From a virus: a stretch of DNA of 64,000 bases. The first letter of the stretch is position 1, and each line of letters starts with the position of its first letter. The position numbers and the translations under genes were made by a program. The notes below the pieces were generated by a model. That model saw only the letters and a list, made by a program, of their open reading frames with translations, did not search any database and had not been told where the DNA came from. Of this stretch, positions 49,900-60,600 are shown one piece after another. The stretch spans positions 7,323 through 71,322 of IMG/VR virus record IMGVR_UViG_3300023478_000001; one strand, given 5' to 3'.

Positions 49900-52800
49900 A
49901 ATTCTAATTTATTCATTATTAAATTTAGCTTATGTCTTAATTCTAAGTTTTCTTCTTTTAATTGTGCTATTTCAGCAGAATGTAAATCAATATAACTTAC
50001 AGATTTTATACCTTCAGAATTAGTTCTTACAAATTCAGGATTAGCTTTTTCTAATTCTTGAGCTATTACACCAACTCTTAATTGTTTGTTTTTATCAGAG
50101 ATGAATCTAAATGTTTTATAGTGGGTATCAATTTTCTTAGATTTAAAAGGTTTAATATCAGTTTTTAATCTTTCATCTGAAGTACCTATAAAATCCGTTG
50201 CTGTAACTGTGCCACTAGCAACAATATTCTTTGCGTACCAATCTACTGTTGAGAGGTTAGAGTTTCCTGCATTATATATTGTATGCCATGTTTTACCATT
50301 CATACTTCTTACAGAAAAAGCTCCTGTATCATTATTACCATATGCAAATTGAACTCCCCGATTTATAACATCACCACCTGCAACATTCCATACATGTCCA
50401 TCAGCAATAGTAGAGGGTTTATTAGTTGCAGATGATTGAAAAAATCTTGATTCCCCAATAATTGATACAGTATTTAAATCTAAAGAAGCTTCATATGCAC
50501 TACCATTACTCATTGAGTTACCAAAGTTAGTAGGTCTTGGCTTGCCATTCCAATTGGTACTATCTACAGCTTTTGCAGAGATGCCTAAGTATTTAGAAGC
50601 TAAAGACACATTGTTTTCATATAAAGTTACACCATATATAGTATTGAAATTCCATGATGAAGTACCTAAAGAGCTTGAGCCTCCCGATGTGGATGGGATA
50701 ATTCCATTTACGGTTGTTCTTAACCAATCAGTCGTAGAACCACCTTTCCCTATGAATTGAGAATATGATGCTGACTTATTATACCTTACTACTTCATTTG
50801 CACCATTATCTGTGTCTAAAGATCCATATAGGTAAGCATTACCCGTTCTTGCATCCACGGAAAAAGCAGGATTCCCTTGACCTACAGTTCCTGCAAAAGT
50901 GGAGCTTACTGAAAATCCATACCAAGTACTTATATCTATGTTGTTTATTTTTCCTAGGCCTGCAAAATCAGCTCCGCCTGTTATTTGAGCTCCACTTATT
51001 AAAGTTGTTGGGGTGGATGCATTACTAACAAAACCAAAACCCATTGCGCTCTGTCCTTGTATATTACCATACAATAAAGAGGAAAAATTATCATTTACAT
51101 CACTTCTCAAAAACTGGCTACTATCAATTCCATCTAATAAATTACTATCTGATGCTTTTGCAGATATGCCTAAATATTTAGAAGATAATAATGTTCCCCC
51201 TTCTGAAATAGTGCCTGATGCAACAATATTCTTTGCGTACCAATCTACTGTTGAGAGGTTTGAGTTGCCTGCGTGGAAGATGGTATTATTATCCCAAAAG
51301 AAAGAGCCATCTCCACTAAAGTTTAATAATTTAAAACCTCCTGCACCATTCCAAACTCTTAGATTTGCTGTAGATACATTTGTACCATTACCACCATTTG
51401 GATAATAATGGTCATATACATTTGTCGCATTATACATATAACGATAAAAATGTTGTGGTAAAGTTGAAGCTGTACTATTAATATCTACATCCCCTGTAAA
51501 AGTTTGTTTGGAAGTAAAAGTTTGAGCCGAAGCTAATTTTGCAAATGCGGTACTATCAATTCCATCTAGTAAATTACTATCTGATGCTTTTGCAGAGATA
51601 CCAAGATATAATCCTGCGTGGTCGCCCCAACTATATGCAGTATTCCAATTAGTACTATTGCCTCCTGTTGCTGTTATTATACCATTTACATCTAGTGGTG
51701 TTGTTGGGGTTATCGTTCCAATACCTACGTTACTTGCAGAAGCATCTACAAAAAAAGTATCTGTATTTATTTTAAAATCAAAATTCCCTATTGTAATTTT
51801 TCCAGTATTATCAATTCTCATTCTTTCATTGACTCCACCTGTGTAAAAAATAAGGGGTGTAGTACCTTCAGTCATTACTCCTGCATATCCAGCACCAGAA
51901 CGCAAGACAATAGAGTCTGTATTAGTAACTCTAAAATTACCACCTTCAACATGTAACTTTTCTGATGGACTACTAGTTCCAATTCCAACGTTGCCAGTTG
52001 ATTTTACATAAATAGTATTTGTCGGAGTGGAGGGTTCAATTTGAAAAGGATTTGTAGTATGAGTAACATCACGAACTGTAAAACCATCATTTGTGCCCTG
52101 GACATAATTTCTCCATACTTGAGCATCATTTGACATTCTAAAACCTGCTTCTGAATTTATATCTGTACTCTTTGCTTCTATATCTATGCCAGAAGCCCCC
52201 ACGACGTTAAGTTTATATAACGGATTCGTCGTCCCGATGCCGACGTTACCATTTGCTGTAATTCTCATCTTTTCAGACAATACAGCGTTATTAGACGTTC
52301 TAAAAGCTAGAAACCCATCATCGGGAGACCAAGCTTCAACTCCACCTTTTATTTGTGCATAATTAATATTAAAAGTTCCATCATTTCCTTTAAATAATAT
52401 TCCCGCGTATGTTGCATCAACTCCTGCTGGAAACTTTAAAGTAAATCCATCAGAATTATTAGTTGGAGAAATAGATTCAACAGATACAAATGAAGGCGTC
52501 CCTAATGTTGTTACATCTTGATTTATGAAACTATGATCAGAACCATCATTTGAAATATGAGTAAATGCAGTATTCCAATTAGTACTATTGCCTCCTGTTG
52601 CTGTTATTATACCATTTACATCTAGTGGTGTTGTTGGGGTTATCGTTCCAATTCCGACGTTTCCAAATGTATTATAAACATTAGTTCCATCACTTTGCCA
52701 TCTTCCGTTATAATCTAATGCGTTTAGGTGATAATATTCTGAAGAAGTACCCCCTTGTAAACCTGTGGTATTGTTGTGTGAAACTGTAGAACCAAATTCT

Positions 52801-53648
52801 ACCCATGCAGTTCCGTTGTAGGTATAATTTGTGTTTAGATTTTCATCCCAAAGAGTAAAACCTTTATTAGGCACAAATTCTACCCAAGCTCCACTATTCC
52901 ACTCATATATGCTGTTTGCATTAAATGTAATAGCTGTAGATATAGACCCTAATCCTGTTGTATTATTTATGTACCTGTCTCCTTCAGCGGGTGTTAAAGG
53001 TTCTGCGATTGCAAAATTTAATTGATTTAAGATGCTATCTTGCCAATCTAAACCAGCAATAGCTGAATTCATTTGGTCTAACCTTACTAAATGATTATTA
53101 GCCGTGGCATTGTTATTACTAATAACATTGGCAAAAGTAGGCGTTGCAGAAATTGTTACATCTTGATTTATGAAACTATGGTCTGAACCATCATTTGAAA
53201 CATGCGTAAATGCAGCATTCCAATTAGTACTATTACCTCCTGTTGCTGTTATTGCCCCGTTAATATCTAATTTGGTTGCTGGAGTGGTTGTTCCAATTCC
53301 AACATTACCGCCACTATAATTTATTCCACCAGTTGCGTTGTCCCACTGAGAATATAAATTAGCACCCTCTGTTAAATTATCCGTTGTTTTTGTGGCTAAT
53401 TGAGTATCCCATAAACTGTTAAAATCAGTTATTCCGTATCCTCCAATAGTTGTAGGTTTACTTTGTAAATCTGAAAATAATCTAGTTGTTGAGTGATTAC
53501 CCCAACTATATGCAGTATTCCAATTAGTACTACTACCACTTAATGCTGTTATTGGCCCACTGACGTTATTGCTGCCTGATATAACTAAATTAACTCCGAT
53601 TTCTACGTGAGTAGAATCTTCGACTATTTGACTTTTATATTTGCTCAT
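49896..53648 (-). CDS. Tail fibre with C-terminal peptidase S74 intramolecular chaperone
   Basis: Repeated GNVGIGTT and LLDGIDS; SDERLKTDI...GVIAQELE. Confidence 0.88.
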   Translation of the reverse strand: MSKYKSQIVEDSTHVEIGVNLVISGSNNVSGPITALSGSSTNWNTAYSWGNHSTTRLFSDLQSKPTTIGGYGITDFNSLWDTQLATKTTDNLTEGANLYSQWDNATGGINYSGGNVGIGTTTPATKLDINGAITATGGNSTNWNAAFTHVSNDGSDHSFINQDVTISATPTFANVISNNNATANNHLVRLDQMNSAIAGLDWQDSILNQLNFAIAEPLTPAEGDRYINNTTGLGSISTAITFNANSIYEWNSGAWVEFVPNKGFTLWDENLNTNYTYNGTAWVEFGSTVSHNNTTGLQGGTSSEYYHLNALDYNGRWQSDGTNVYNTFGNVGIGTITPTTPLDVNGIITATGGNSTNWNTAFTHISNDGSDHSFINQDVTTLGTPSFVSVESISPTNNSDGFTLKFPAGVDATYAGILFKGNDGTFNINYAQIKGGVEAWSPDDGFLAFRTSNNAVLSEKMRITANGNVGIGTTNPLYKLNVVGASGIDIEAKSTDINSEAGFRMSNDAQVWRNYVQGTNDGFTVRDVTHTTNPFQIEPSTPTNTIYVKSTGNVGIGTSSPSEKLHVEGGNFRVTNTDSIVLRSGAGYAGVMTEGTTPLIFYTGGVNERMRIDNTGKITIGNFDFKINTDTFFVDASASNVGIGTITPTTPLDVNGIITATGGNSTNWNTAYSWGDHAGLYLGISAKASDSNLLDGIDSTAFAKLASAQTFTSKQTFTGDVDINSTASTLPQHFYRYMYNATNVYDHYYPNGGNGTNVSTANLRVWNGAGGFKLLNFSGDGSFFWDNNTIFHAGNSNLSTVDWYAKNIVASGTISEGGTLLSSKYLGISAKASDSNLLDGIDSSQFLRSDVNDNFSSLLYGNIQGQSAMGFGFVSNASTPTTLISGAQITGGADFAGLGKINNIDISTWYGFSVSSTFAGTVGQGNPAFSVDARTGNAYLYGSLDTDNGANEVVRYNKSASYSQFIGKGGSTTDWLRTTVNGIIPSTSGGSSSLGTSSWNFNTIYGVTLYENNVSLASKYLGISAKAVDSTNWNGKPRPTNFGNSMSNGSAYEASLDLNTVSIIGESRFFQSSATNKPSTIADGHVWNVAGGDVINRGVQFAYGNNDTGAFSVRSMNGKTWHTIYNAGNSNLSTVDWYAKNIVASGTVTATDFIGTSDERLKTDIKPFKSKKIDTHYKTFRFISDKNKQLRVGVIAQELEKANPEFVRTNSEGIKSVSYIDLHSAEIAQLKEENLELRHKLNLIMNKLEL

Positions 53649-53651
53649 ATC

Positions 53652-53954
53652 TTAAATTATCACAGCGAACTTATGATTTGGAGTTACTGGTTTAATCTCA
53701 TATTGCGCCCATTCTTTTGGTTGTGAGGTTTTCCACATAACATCTACGTTATAAGTAGTGCCTTTTTTTATTAATACTTGTTTATCGGTTTTTGGGTCAT
53801 AAGAGAATTTATCTTCAAACCCCCATGCGTTTATCCCATTAGTTAATTCTGTTACTGTAATATCTTTAAAAGATAAACTACTACCTTTTGGTATTAATGT
53901 TTCTAACAACTGTTTAGCTGTTACTTCGTCTGGAAATGAATATCTATTTATCAT
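53652..53954 (-). CDS. Small tail-fibre-associated protein
   Basis: YNVDVMW...PVTPNHKFA; lies between fibre genes. Confidence 0.6.
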   Translation of the reverse strand: MINRYSFPDEVTAKQLLETLIPKGSSLSFKDITVTELTNGINAWGFEDKFSYDPKTDKQVLIKKGTTYNVDVMWKTSQPKEWAQYEIKPVTPNHKFAVII

Positions 53955-56578
53955 AACATTATAATTTTATTAAATCTTCCATTAGGAATCTGATATGTTC
54001 CTGGTATAGTTGTTATAGGAGCTTGGTCTATATTATTTATTGTTTCAATGATACTTGTTACTCCTACTGGTGGTGTTACTGTAACAACATCCGCTACCCT
54101 TGTTACTGTTGTGCCTAAGGTCTTTATGTATGAGGTGGCTGATGTGCCTAATTCTATTTGTGCACCATATAAATATATACCCTTTATTCCATCACTTATA
54201 TAATTAGGCATTATTGTATTACCGTTATATGTGAATGAATTATCTTCAAAACCCCCTATATTTAAATTATTTGGATAATGTGTTGCTGGATTTGTTATTG
54301 TAAAAGTTATATATTTCCAACCATTAATCAATGAGGTAAATATATAAGAATAAGTACTACTAGATACGGAAGATGAAAATAAACTACCATCTGTTAAGTC
54401 TATTATTATACCAATACCACTTGAATTAGATGCGTGTAGAAATGAACAAGCAACATATTTCTGTCCTCCCTCTTTAACAAAAAAAGAAGCTGTTGCAGAT
54501 AAATCTGTTGTATTAGAAAAAGACCGTACTAAATGATGTCTTTCTAATGTTGTAGATGATATTATTTTATCCGCCGTTAAATTACCATCTGGTGATATAA
54601 TATTATTTGCAGTTACACTAACACTCCCAATATGATTCCAAGCAGTAACATTATCAAACTCCTCACTTCTTAAAGCTAAATTAGTACTTTGACCTTCTAC
54701 TAATATCTCTGGAAAACCATTTGTGTAATCAAAGCGTATTACGTCATTAGCCTCTGTTACTAATATTCCATCACTATTAATTCTAGTTGCTATTGAAGCT
54801 CTTGATACTGTGAAGTCGCCTGTTCTATCTGGCGGTAATATACTATATAATTTAGATAATTTTTCTGCGCTTGGTATTGTTAATAAACTTGGATATATAT
54901 TTTGTTGTTTAATAGCAGCATATTCATATCCCGCTGAATTAGGATAATAAGTAGCTCCATCATTTATAACGGTATCCCTGTAATTTGCAATATATGATTC
55001 TCCAAATGAAATATTTCTTTGTGATACTATTAATGTAGATTGCGGTGAAATCTGTTGTAGCGTTACAAATTCATTAGGATTTACTGCATCTTGTCCAGAT
55101 TGAGGTACACTAAAATTATTATCTGTGTCTGTATGAGCTACATTGACCGGTATATTAGTCAAATCTGAATATCCAACTTGATGTGGATTGCCTGATGTTA
55201 ATTGAGAATGCGCATATCCCGCATTCCATTCAGTACTACTACCACTTAATGCGGCTATATAACCACTAAATATAGCATCGTTTCCATATAGTGTTCCTGT
55301 CAATGCACTTCCAGTACCTACAGTAAGTGGTAAATAATTATTTATGTTTGTTGTTTGAGATGCATCGATTTGTGAACTTCCGCTTACAATACCAGCTGGA
55401 ATGCTTACAATATTTGGATAAATTACTTGTGAACTTCCGCTAAATAAAGTTGGTAGATTAGATATGTTAGAATAATCAATATCAGCTGCAGTTACGCCAG
55501 TTACTTGTGAACCATCTCCTTTAAATCCTATCGACGATGAAACTTGATAATTTAATAAAATAGTTTGTGATGCGTGTTCCCAAACTAATGATGGATTTGC
55601 TTGACTTAAAATATCAATCTCAATACCGCCACCATCAGCAGTAGCTGAATTTATTGAACCACTTGCAACTGTAATTAATTTATCTGTTATTTTTAGTGCA
55701 CTTGTTTTAATTTCTGTAGCAGCGCCTAATACAACTAAATCACCATTTATTGTTAAATCGCCAGTAAACGAGCCAGTATTAAATGTTACATTAGATATAC
55801 TATTTATATCTTGGTTTAAGTTACCGACATAACCCCATTGCACACTAGAAATTGTACTTGAATCAATATTTGCAAGTTGAGTGATTTCACTCGGTGTTAA
55901 ACTATTTAATAAAGATTGAGATACTACTCCATCTATATCTAGTTTGTTCTTTATACCGTTTGTAAAGTGGTTCGAACCAGTATCTAACGTTATTGTTTTT
56001 GAAGTAACAAGTGTACCACCACCACTTAATCCGTTACCTGCAGTTATTATTAGTGTTGAATGGTCTATATGTTGATTTAAAACATAGTTTGTAGTTAAGT
56101 TATGATCAATTTGAGCAGAACCACTAACTAATGTTGGGTTGTTTATAATATTAGGCCAATCAACTATAATTGAACCACTAATATTAATGGCGTCAATTGT
56201 ATCTGCATATATTTTATTCCATTGTTTAGCAGGAGAACCTAAATCATATGTAGCATCAATTTCTGGAATTAAAGAGCCTGATAAAGGAGCTCCTACAATA
56301 ATTGTATCATTGCTACCACTACCAAGTGTAATACTACCGCCTATAAATAAATTACCTTCTAAATCTATGTTCCCAGAAAAAATTGCTGATGATGCAGTTA
56401 TGTTACCAATTAAATTTAAATCACCTGTATTTGATCCATCTAATTTAATTAATGTTATATAACTACCAAATTCATCAATTCCAATATTAAAAGTAGTATT
56501 AGTAGTTTCTAAAAAAGGTTCTGCAGTGACTAAACTTTCTATTGTTGTGTTATTTCTTAATTGTAATATTGCAGCCAT
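53951..56578 (-). CDS. Tail fibre / spike-like structural protein
   Basis: SGSSQ repeats; STNLALRSEEF and GAQIELGTSATSYIKT fibre motifs. Confidence 0.75.
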   Translation of the reverse strand: MAAILQLRNNTTIESLVTAEPFLETTNTTFNIGIDEFGSYITLIKLDGSNTGDLNLIGNITASSAIFSGNIDLEGNLFIGGSITLGSGSNDTIIVGAPLSGSLIPEIDATYDLGSPAKQWNKIYADTIDAINISGSIIVDWPNIINNPTLVSGSAQIDHNLTTNYVLNQHIDHSTLIITAGNGLSGGGTLVTSKTITLDTGSNHFTNGIKNKLDIDGVVSQSLLNSLTPSEITQLANIDSSTISSVQWGYVGNLNQDINSISNVTFNTGSFTGDLTINGDLVVLGAATEIKTSALKITDKLITVASGSINSATADGGGIEIDILSQANPSLVWEHASQTILLNYQVSSSIGFKGDGSQVTGVTAADIDYSNISNLPTLFSGSSQVIYPNIVSIPAGIVSGSSQIDASQTTNINNYLPLTVGTGSALTGTLYGNDAIFSGYIAALSGSSTEWNAGYAHSQLTSGNPHQVGYSDLTNIPVNVAHTDTDNNFSVPQSGQDAVNPNEFVTLQQISPQSTLIVSQRNISFGESYIANYRDTVINDGATYYPNSAGYEYAAIKQQNIYPSLLTIPSAEKLSKLYSILPPDRTGDFTVSRASIATRINSDGILVTEANDVIRFDYTNGFPEILVEGQSTNLALRSEEFDNVTAWNHIGSVSVTANNIISPDGNLTADKIISSTTLERHHLVRSFSNTTDLSATASFFVKEGGQKYVACSFLHASNSSGIGIIIDLTDGSLFSSSVSSSTYSYIFTSLINGWKYITFTITNPATHYPNNLNIGGFEDNSFTYNGNTIMPNYISDGIKGIYLYGAQIELGTSATSYIKTLGTTVTRVADVVTVTPPVGVTSIIETINNIDQAPITTIPGTYQIPNGRFNKIIML

Positions 56579-56630
56579 TTATTTGTATTCTATCTCTTAT
56601 CTTTATATAAATATAACTAATTAATAATTG

Positions 56631-56675
56631 TGAACTACCCATCCACGTAAAAAGCGATGAATGGGTTTTACACTC
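56631..56675. mobile_element. Isolated IS200/IS605-type end hairpin (alternatively a terminator)
   Basis: tgaactacccatccacgtaaaaagcgatgaatgggttt imperfect GC-rich palindrome. Confidence 0.5.
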
Positions 56676-56695
56676 ATTCTATAAAAATTAACCAT

Positions 56696-57436
56696 TTATA
56701 ATGTTGTTTCGGAATTCCATATTACTTTTTTTATTGTTAACGCTTTTTGAGTAGTTGGTTGATTTGCAAATTTTTCGGGTAATAAATATGCATTCACTAC
56801 CATACTAAAATTTGTTTTAACAACACGTTGCGCACCATCAGTAACCTCCGTTGTATTATCAAATGAATCTATTTTTGTTCTAAATTTAAATCCATTTTTA
56901 TTACCCCAATAATCATCGGTTGCATATTGAAATGCTTCTACTATTGTATTCATTTGTTCTATAAAATCAGTCCAAATAATCACTTCGTATGTTAATGTTA
57001 CATAATCTGGCATTGTAATATTATATTGTATAACTGGTCTAGTAGTATTTATCATGCTAGAAAATAAATCATACTTATGTTTTGCAGAATATCTTGACAC
57101 AGCTGGATATGTAACATGACGGTTCATCATACTTTGTAAATTTTCATCACGATCAACAGATGTTCGTTTAAATATTACCAACGGTATTTGCACTTGACCT
57201 TTTTTATCACGTAAAAATCCCTCTTTTTGTATAGATGTCCAACGTTCTAATCCAGCATATAAAACGGGTACTTTTACGGAATCGCCCAAAATTTCAAGAG
57301 TTGGCATAATGTTATCAATCATGTGTTCCGCTATTGTTGAATCAATATCGTATAATTTAATACCAGCATTAAATTGTTTTTCAGTTTTTAGTTGAGTTGC
57401 TCGGTTTAAATCTTTTTTTAGTGGATCAGTTGCCAT
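56696..57436 (-). CDS. Tail terminator / sheath stabiliser (gp15-like)
   Basis: KVPVLYA...PDYVTLTYEVIIWT...QMNTIVE. Confidence 0.65.
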   Translation of the reverse strand: MATDPLKKDLNRATQLKTEKQFNAGIKLYDIDSTIAEHMIDNIMPTLEILGDSVKVPVLYAGLERWTSIQKEGFLRDKKGQVQIPLVIFKRTSVDRDENLQSMMNRHVTYPAVSRYSAKHKYDLFSSMINTTRPVIQYNITMPDYVTLTYEVIIWTDFIEQMNTIVEAFQYATDDYWGNKNGFKFRTKIDSFDNTTEVTDGAQRVVKTNFSMVVNAYLLPEKFANQPTTQKALTIKKVIWNSETTL

Positions 57437-57990
57437 TAGTATATCCTATCTTCTATTTGTATTTGTGATCTTCTTACCATAAATCCAGCTACTATTAATT
57501 CCATTCTTGCATCTTGAAATGAATTTGTTTTTTCATCATAAATTGTTGGTGAACCACCTACTAATTTATGTTCTCGTGTATGATTAATTTCATAATACGC
57601 ACTATCAAATTTAATAATATCACCGATTTGTGGATAACCATAAATACTGTTTTGAATAGCACCTGCTGGAATTTGTACTCCGTTTATATCATGTAATTGT
57701 GGTATTTGATGAGTTCGTAATCTATGTCTCATAAATCTAAATTCTACTAATTGTGTTTTATCTGGCCCAAATCCTTCATAAATTACGTTTTGCGGTTCTC
57801 TATCCACAATACACATTAGATTTGTTGGCATATGATATATTTTACCTAGTGATTCTCCATATAAATTTGTTTTACTTTCGCCTACTGACATTTTAAATAA
57901 TGTAATACTTTGCTCTGTTACATAATCTACAACTTCTTCTGAAATTGTCTTTATAAACGTTAAATCTTTATTATTAAAAAACTTTGGCAT
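57436..57990 (-). CDS. Neck / head-closure protein (gp14-like)
   Basis: TNLYGES...PQIGDII...YYEI. Confidence 0.65.
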   Translation of the reverse strand: MPKFFNNKDLTFIKTISEEVVDYVTEQSITLFKMSVGESKTNLYGESLGKIYHMPTNLMCIVDREPQNVIYEGFGPDKTQLVEFRFMRHRLRTHQIPQLHDINGVQIPAGAIQNSIYGYPQIGDIIKFDSAYYEINHTREHKLVGGSPTIYDEKTNSFQDARMELIVAGFMVRRSQIQIEDRIY

Positions 57991-58006
57991 ATTTTATAGT
58001 TTTATA

Positions 58007-59083
58007 TTATGCGATATATATTGGTAATGGGACTCTACCCATTATAGCTTCTTGCTGTTCACTTATTGCTGCTTCGTTTTCCATTCGTTGTTTTCTACTT
58101 ACCTCATTTAAATTTTCGCGAAGTTGAGCGATTAATGTATCCTTTTCAGTTTGCGCTTCAGAACGAAGTGCAGCACCATCTAAAGATACTTCTGAACCTG
58201 GAATTGGTACTTGCGAATATTTTTCTCTAATCGCTCCTAGTAATTCTTTGGATAATGCCAAGGTATATTTTCGTATCCATTGAATACCCACATCATTAAT
58301 TGTAGAATAATTTGCAAAATCGTATCCGATATTTGAATAATCCGAAATCACTCCTGGCGTAACTGTTGTACTTCCACTTACAAATTCACTTTGTACTATA
58401 TATTCGAACCATAATTTATCCTTTTTTAATGGTGACGGAAATACTTGTATTTTATTATTAACTATATTAAATGTAAATGCTGATTTTCTAATTTGATCAT
58501 TTAATTCAATAGCTTGCATTCTTTGTAAATCTTCGTAGATAGGCATCAAAATAAATTGAGAAGCAGGTGAGAACGAACCAAACCCAAATTCATCTATTAA
58601 ATTTAATGTTCCTTGTCCACTTACTGAATATGGATCAAAAAAACGTTGTATAGCTGGAATTGCTTCATAAAATACTCGTGTTATATCAATACGTTCACCG
58701 CTTTCACTTACGTCTCCCCACATAGCCTGTAAATCATAAGATTGTGTTCCAGGATATATAATTATTGAACCCTTTTTAACATCAGTTTTACCGCCAACAT
58801 TAGTATATGTTCCGTATGTATCTGCTATTCTAAAAATGTTATTTAATTCTACTCCATTAACTGATTGACCAGTATATTCAGATACAGCTTCTTCAAAACA
58901 CGCAAAAATATTATCGCCGCCTAGTTCAACATCAATAATAGGATATCCTAATCTTGTTGCAACCCAACCAGCAACAGCCGGTGCATCTGTTTGAAACGTT
59001 GTATCTGAATCATACGTTCCAAACGGAGTTGAACTTCCAGATACAAAATCTGCTGAGCCTGTCCATACAATATTTAATGACAT
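58007..59083 (-). CDS. Neck protein (gp13-like)
   Basis: RLGYPIIDVEL...WIRKYTLALSKELLG..REKY...LDGAAL. Confidence 0.8.
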   Translation of the reverse strand: MSLNIVWTGSADFVSGSSTPFGTYDSDTTFQTDAPAVAGWVATRLGYPIIDVELGGDNIFACFEEAVSEYTGQSVNGVELNNIFRIADTYGTYTNVGGKTDVKKGSIIIYPGTQSYDLQAMWGDVSESGERIDITRVFYEAIPAIQRFFDPYSVSGQGTLNLIDEFGFGSFSPASQFILMPIYEDLQRMQAIELNDQIRKSAFTFNIVNNKIQVFPSPLKKDKLWFEYIVQSEFVSGSTTVTPGVISDYSNIGYDFANYSTINDVGIQWIRKYTLALSKELLGAIREKYSQVPIPGSEVSLDGAALRSEAQTEKDTLIAQLRENLNEVSRKQRMENEAAISEQQEAIMGRVPLPIYIA

Positions 59084-59158
59084 ATTTAGTTCCTTTGTTT
59101 ATATAGTTTACTATTATAAATATAGGTTTTTGAAAAACAAAAGAAAAAATATAGACAT

Positions 59159-59190
59159 AAAAAAAATAGACCGATTAAAGTCTATTTTTT
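59159..59190. terminator. Intrinsic terminator (bidirectional-looking)
   Basis: aaaaaatagac-N8-gtctatttttt. Confidence 0.7.
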
Positions 59191-59215
59191 AAAAAAAAGA
59201 ATAAATAAAGAAATA

Positions 59216-59461
59216 CTAACTTATTCGTTCATGTACTGTATGAATATCACCACATTTATTACAGATACATATATTGTTATCTTTAAAACCTTCTGAATCT
59301 TCATAATCAAAAATGCTACTTACATTTTTCATTTTATAATTATTGAGTTCATAACATCTAGGACATCTAAGATGTTTTTTATTATATATTTCAATGAAAT
59401 CTTCATATTGTTTACGATTAATCTTCCAATTTTTTCGTAAATTATTTATGTGATTTTTCAT
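59216..59461 (-). CDS. Small Zn-ribbon protein
   Basis: CPRC...CNKC. Confidence 0.6.
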   Translation of the reverse strand: MKNHINNLRKNWKINRKQYEDFIEIYNKKHLRCPRCYELNNYKMKNVSSIFDYEDSEGFKDNNICICNKCGDIHTVHERIS

Positions 59462-60131
59462 TATTACGAATTGGATGCCTTTGATATGTTTTTTGTGGTG
59501 AATATCGTCTAATTGGTCTTACACTACGTCTTTTATTTCGAGTATATGGTGTTGGAGTTACATATCTAATTGGGTGTGGTTTACTATTATAATGTTGTCT
59601 TGTATATGTATGTGAACGATTGTATCTAGTAGGCTGTTTAATTAGTCTAGTATTACGATGTATATTGTGAATATATTTATATGTATGTTTTGGATGTTTA
59701 CGACCAACTGTATTCCATGAATTACGTTGATTCAATTCATTAATGTAACGTAATCGTTGCATATAATAATAGTTTTGGTATGGTGGACTCCAATAATTCG
59801 TATAGTTGCGGTCATATAATGAAACACCATTCCACATATTGCAGTACTGCAATCCATTAATATATTGTGAATGTCTAAAATAATAGTAATCGTAAGGATG
59901 AATACCATTATATAAGGTATTATAATTCCAATGTGACCAAGGCGAATAAAAAAGACGGGTTTGATTATAATTATAATAATCAATTGTACGACTAAACGGA
60001 CAGTTAATTGTCTCAGTATATCCAGATTGAACTGGAGTTTCAATAGAACCGCATGATACAAATAAAAATGCGGTTAGTAACAATAATAATTTCAAAAAGT
60101 TTTTCATATCTATAAGTATTACAAAAATCAT
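59442..60131 (-). CDS. Putative lipoprotein, Tyr/Asn-rich with a basic tail
   Basis: MKNFLKLLLLLTAFLFVS|C lipobox. Confidence 0.65.
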   Translation of the reverse strand: MIFVILIDMKNFLKLLLLLTAFLFVSCGSIETPVQSGYTETINCPFSRTIDYYNYNQTRLFYSPWSHWNYNTLYNGIHPYDYYYFRHSQYINGLQYCNMWNGVSLYDRNYTNYWSPPYQNYYYMQRLRYINELNQRNSWNTVGRKHPKHTYKYIHNIHRNTRLIKQPTRYNRSHTYTRQHYNSKPHPIRYVTPTPYTRNKRRSVRPIRRYSPQKTYQRHPIRNNEKSHK

Positions 60132-60141
60132 ACCAGCTATT

Positions 60142-60360
60142 CTAACTCAGTAAAAACGCTGATGCTAATAAACCGCCGAACCAATACCACCAACTTATAT
60201 CAGTTGGAGAAGTCCATGCTAAAAATAATATAATTGTGGCTAATCCAAAAACAAAATTTAATGCTGAAAATATTCGTTTGTTGCTTTTAACAAGTCCTAT
60301 AATTGTTGCAATTAAGGTAAACAATATAGTTGTTATGATTATTATTAATTTTGGTTTCAT
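60142..60360 (-). CDS. Small membrane protein
   Basis: Three hydrophobic segments. Confidence 0.6.
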   Translation of the reverse strand: MKPKLIIIITTILFTLIATIIGLVKSNKRIFSALNFVFGLATIILFLAWTSPTDISWWYWFGGLLASAFLLS

Positions 60361-60554
60361 TGTTTTAAGTTTAAATATTTAAATATAATTATATTATTAT
60401 CATTATTAAGTTCAAAATCATAGCAATTTGTATTGTTTACAAACGTAGTTACATTTGATATTGTATCTGTTTCGAATGTTTCTAATGATAATTTAACATT
60501 TAGTTCATTATAATGATTAAGTACATCTTTTTTATTTTGATTATATAATCGCAT
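60357..60554 (-). CDS. Hypothetical protein
   Basis: 65-aa ORF coupled to its neighbour. Confidence 0.5.
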   Translation of the reverse strand: MRLYNQNKKDVLNHYNELNVKLSLETFETDTISNVTTFVNNTNCYDFELNNDNNIIIFKYLNLKQ

Positions 60555-60600
60555 TTTGTTGCACCTTGATAATTTTTTCTTTATGAGTTTTTATTTCATA

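Noticed and set aside
49896-53648. Diversity-generating retroelement TR/VR pair in the tail fibre
   Set aside because: Repeats are in-frame coding modules without adenine-specific mismatches, and there is no reverse transcriptase in the window
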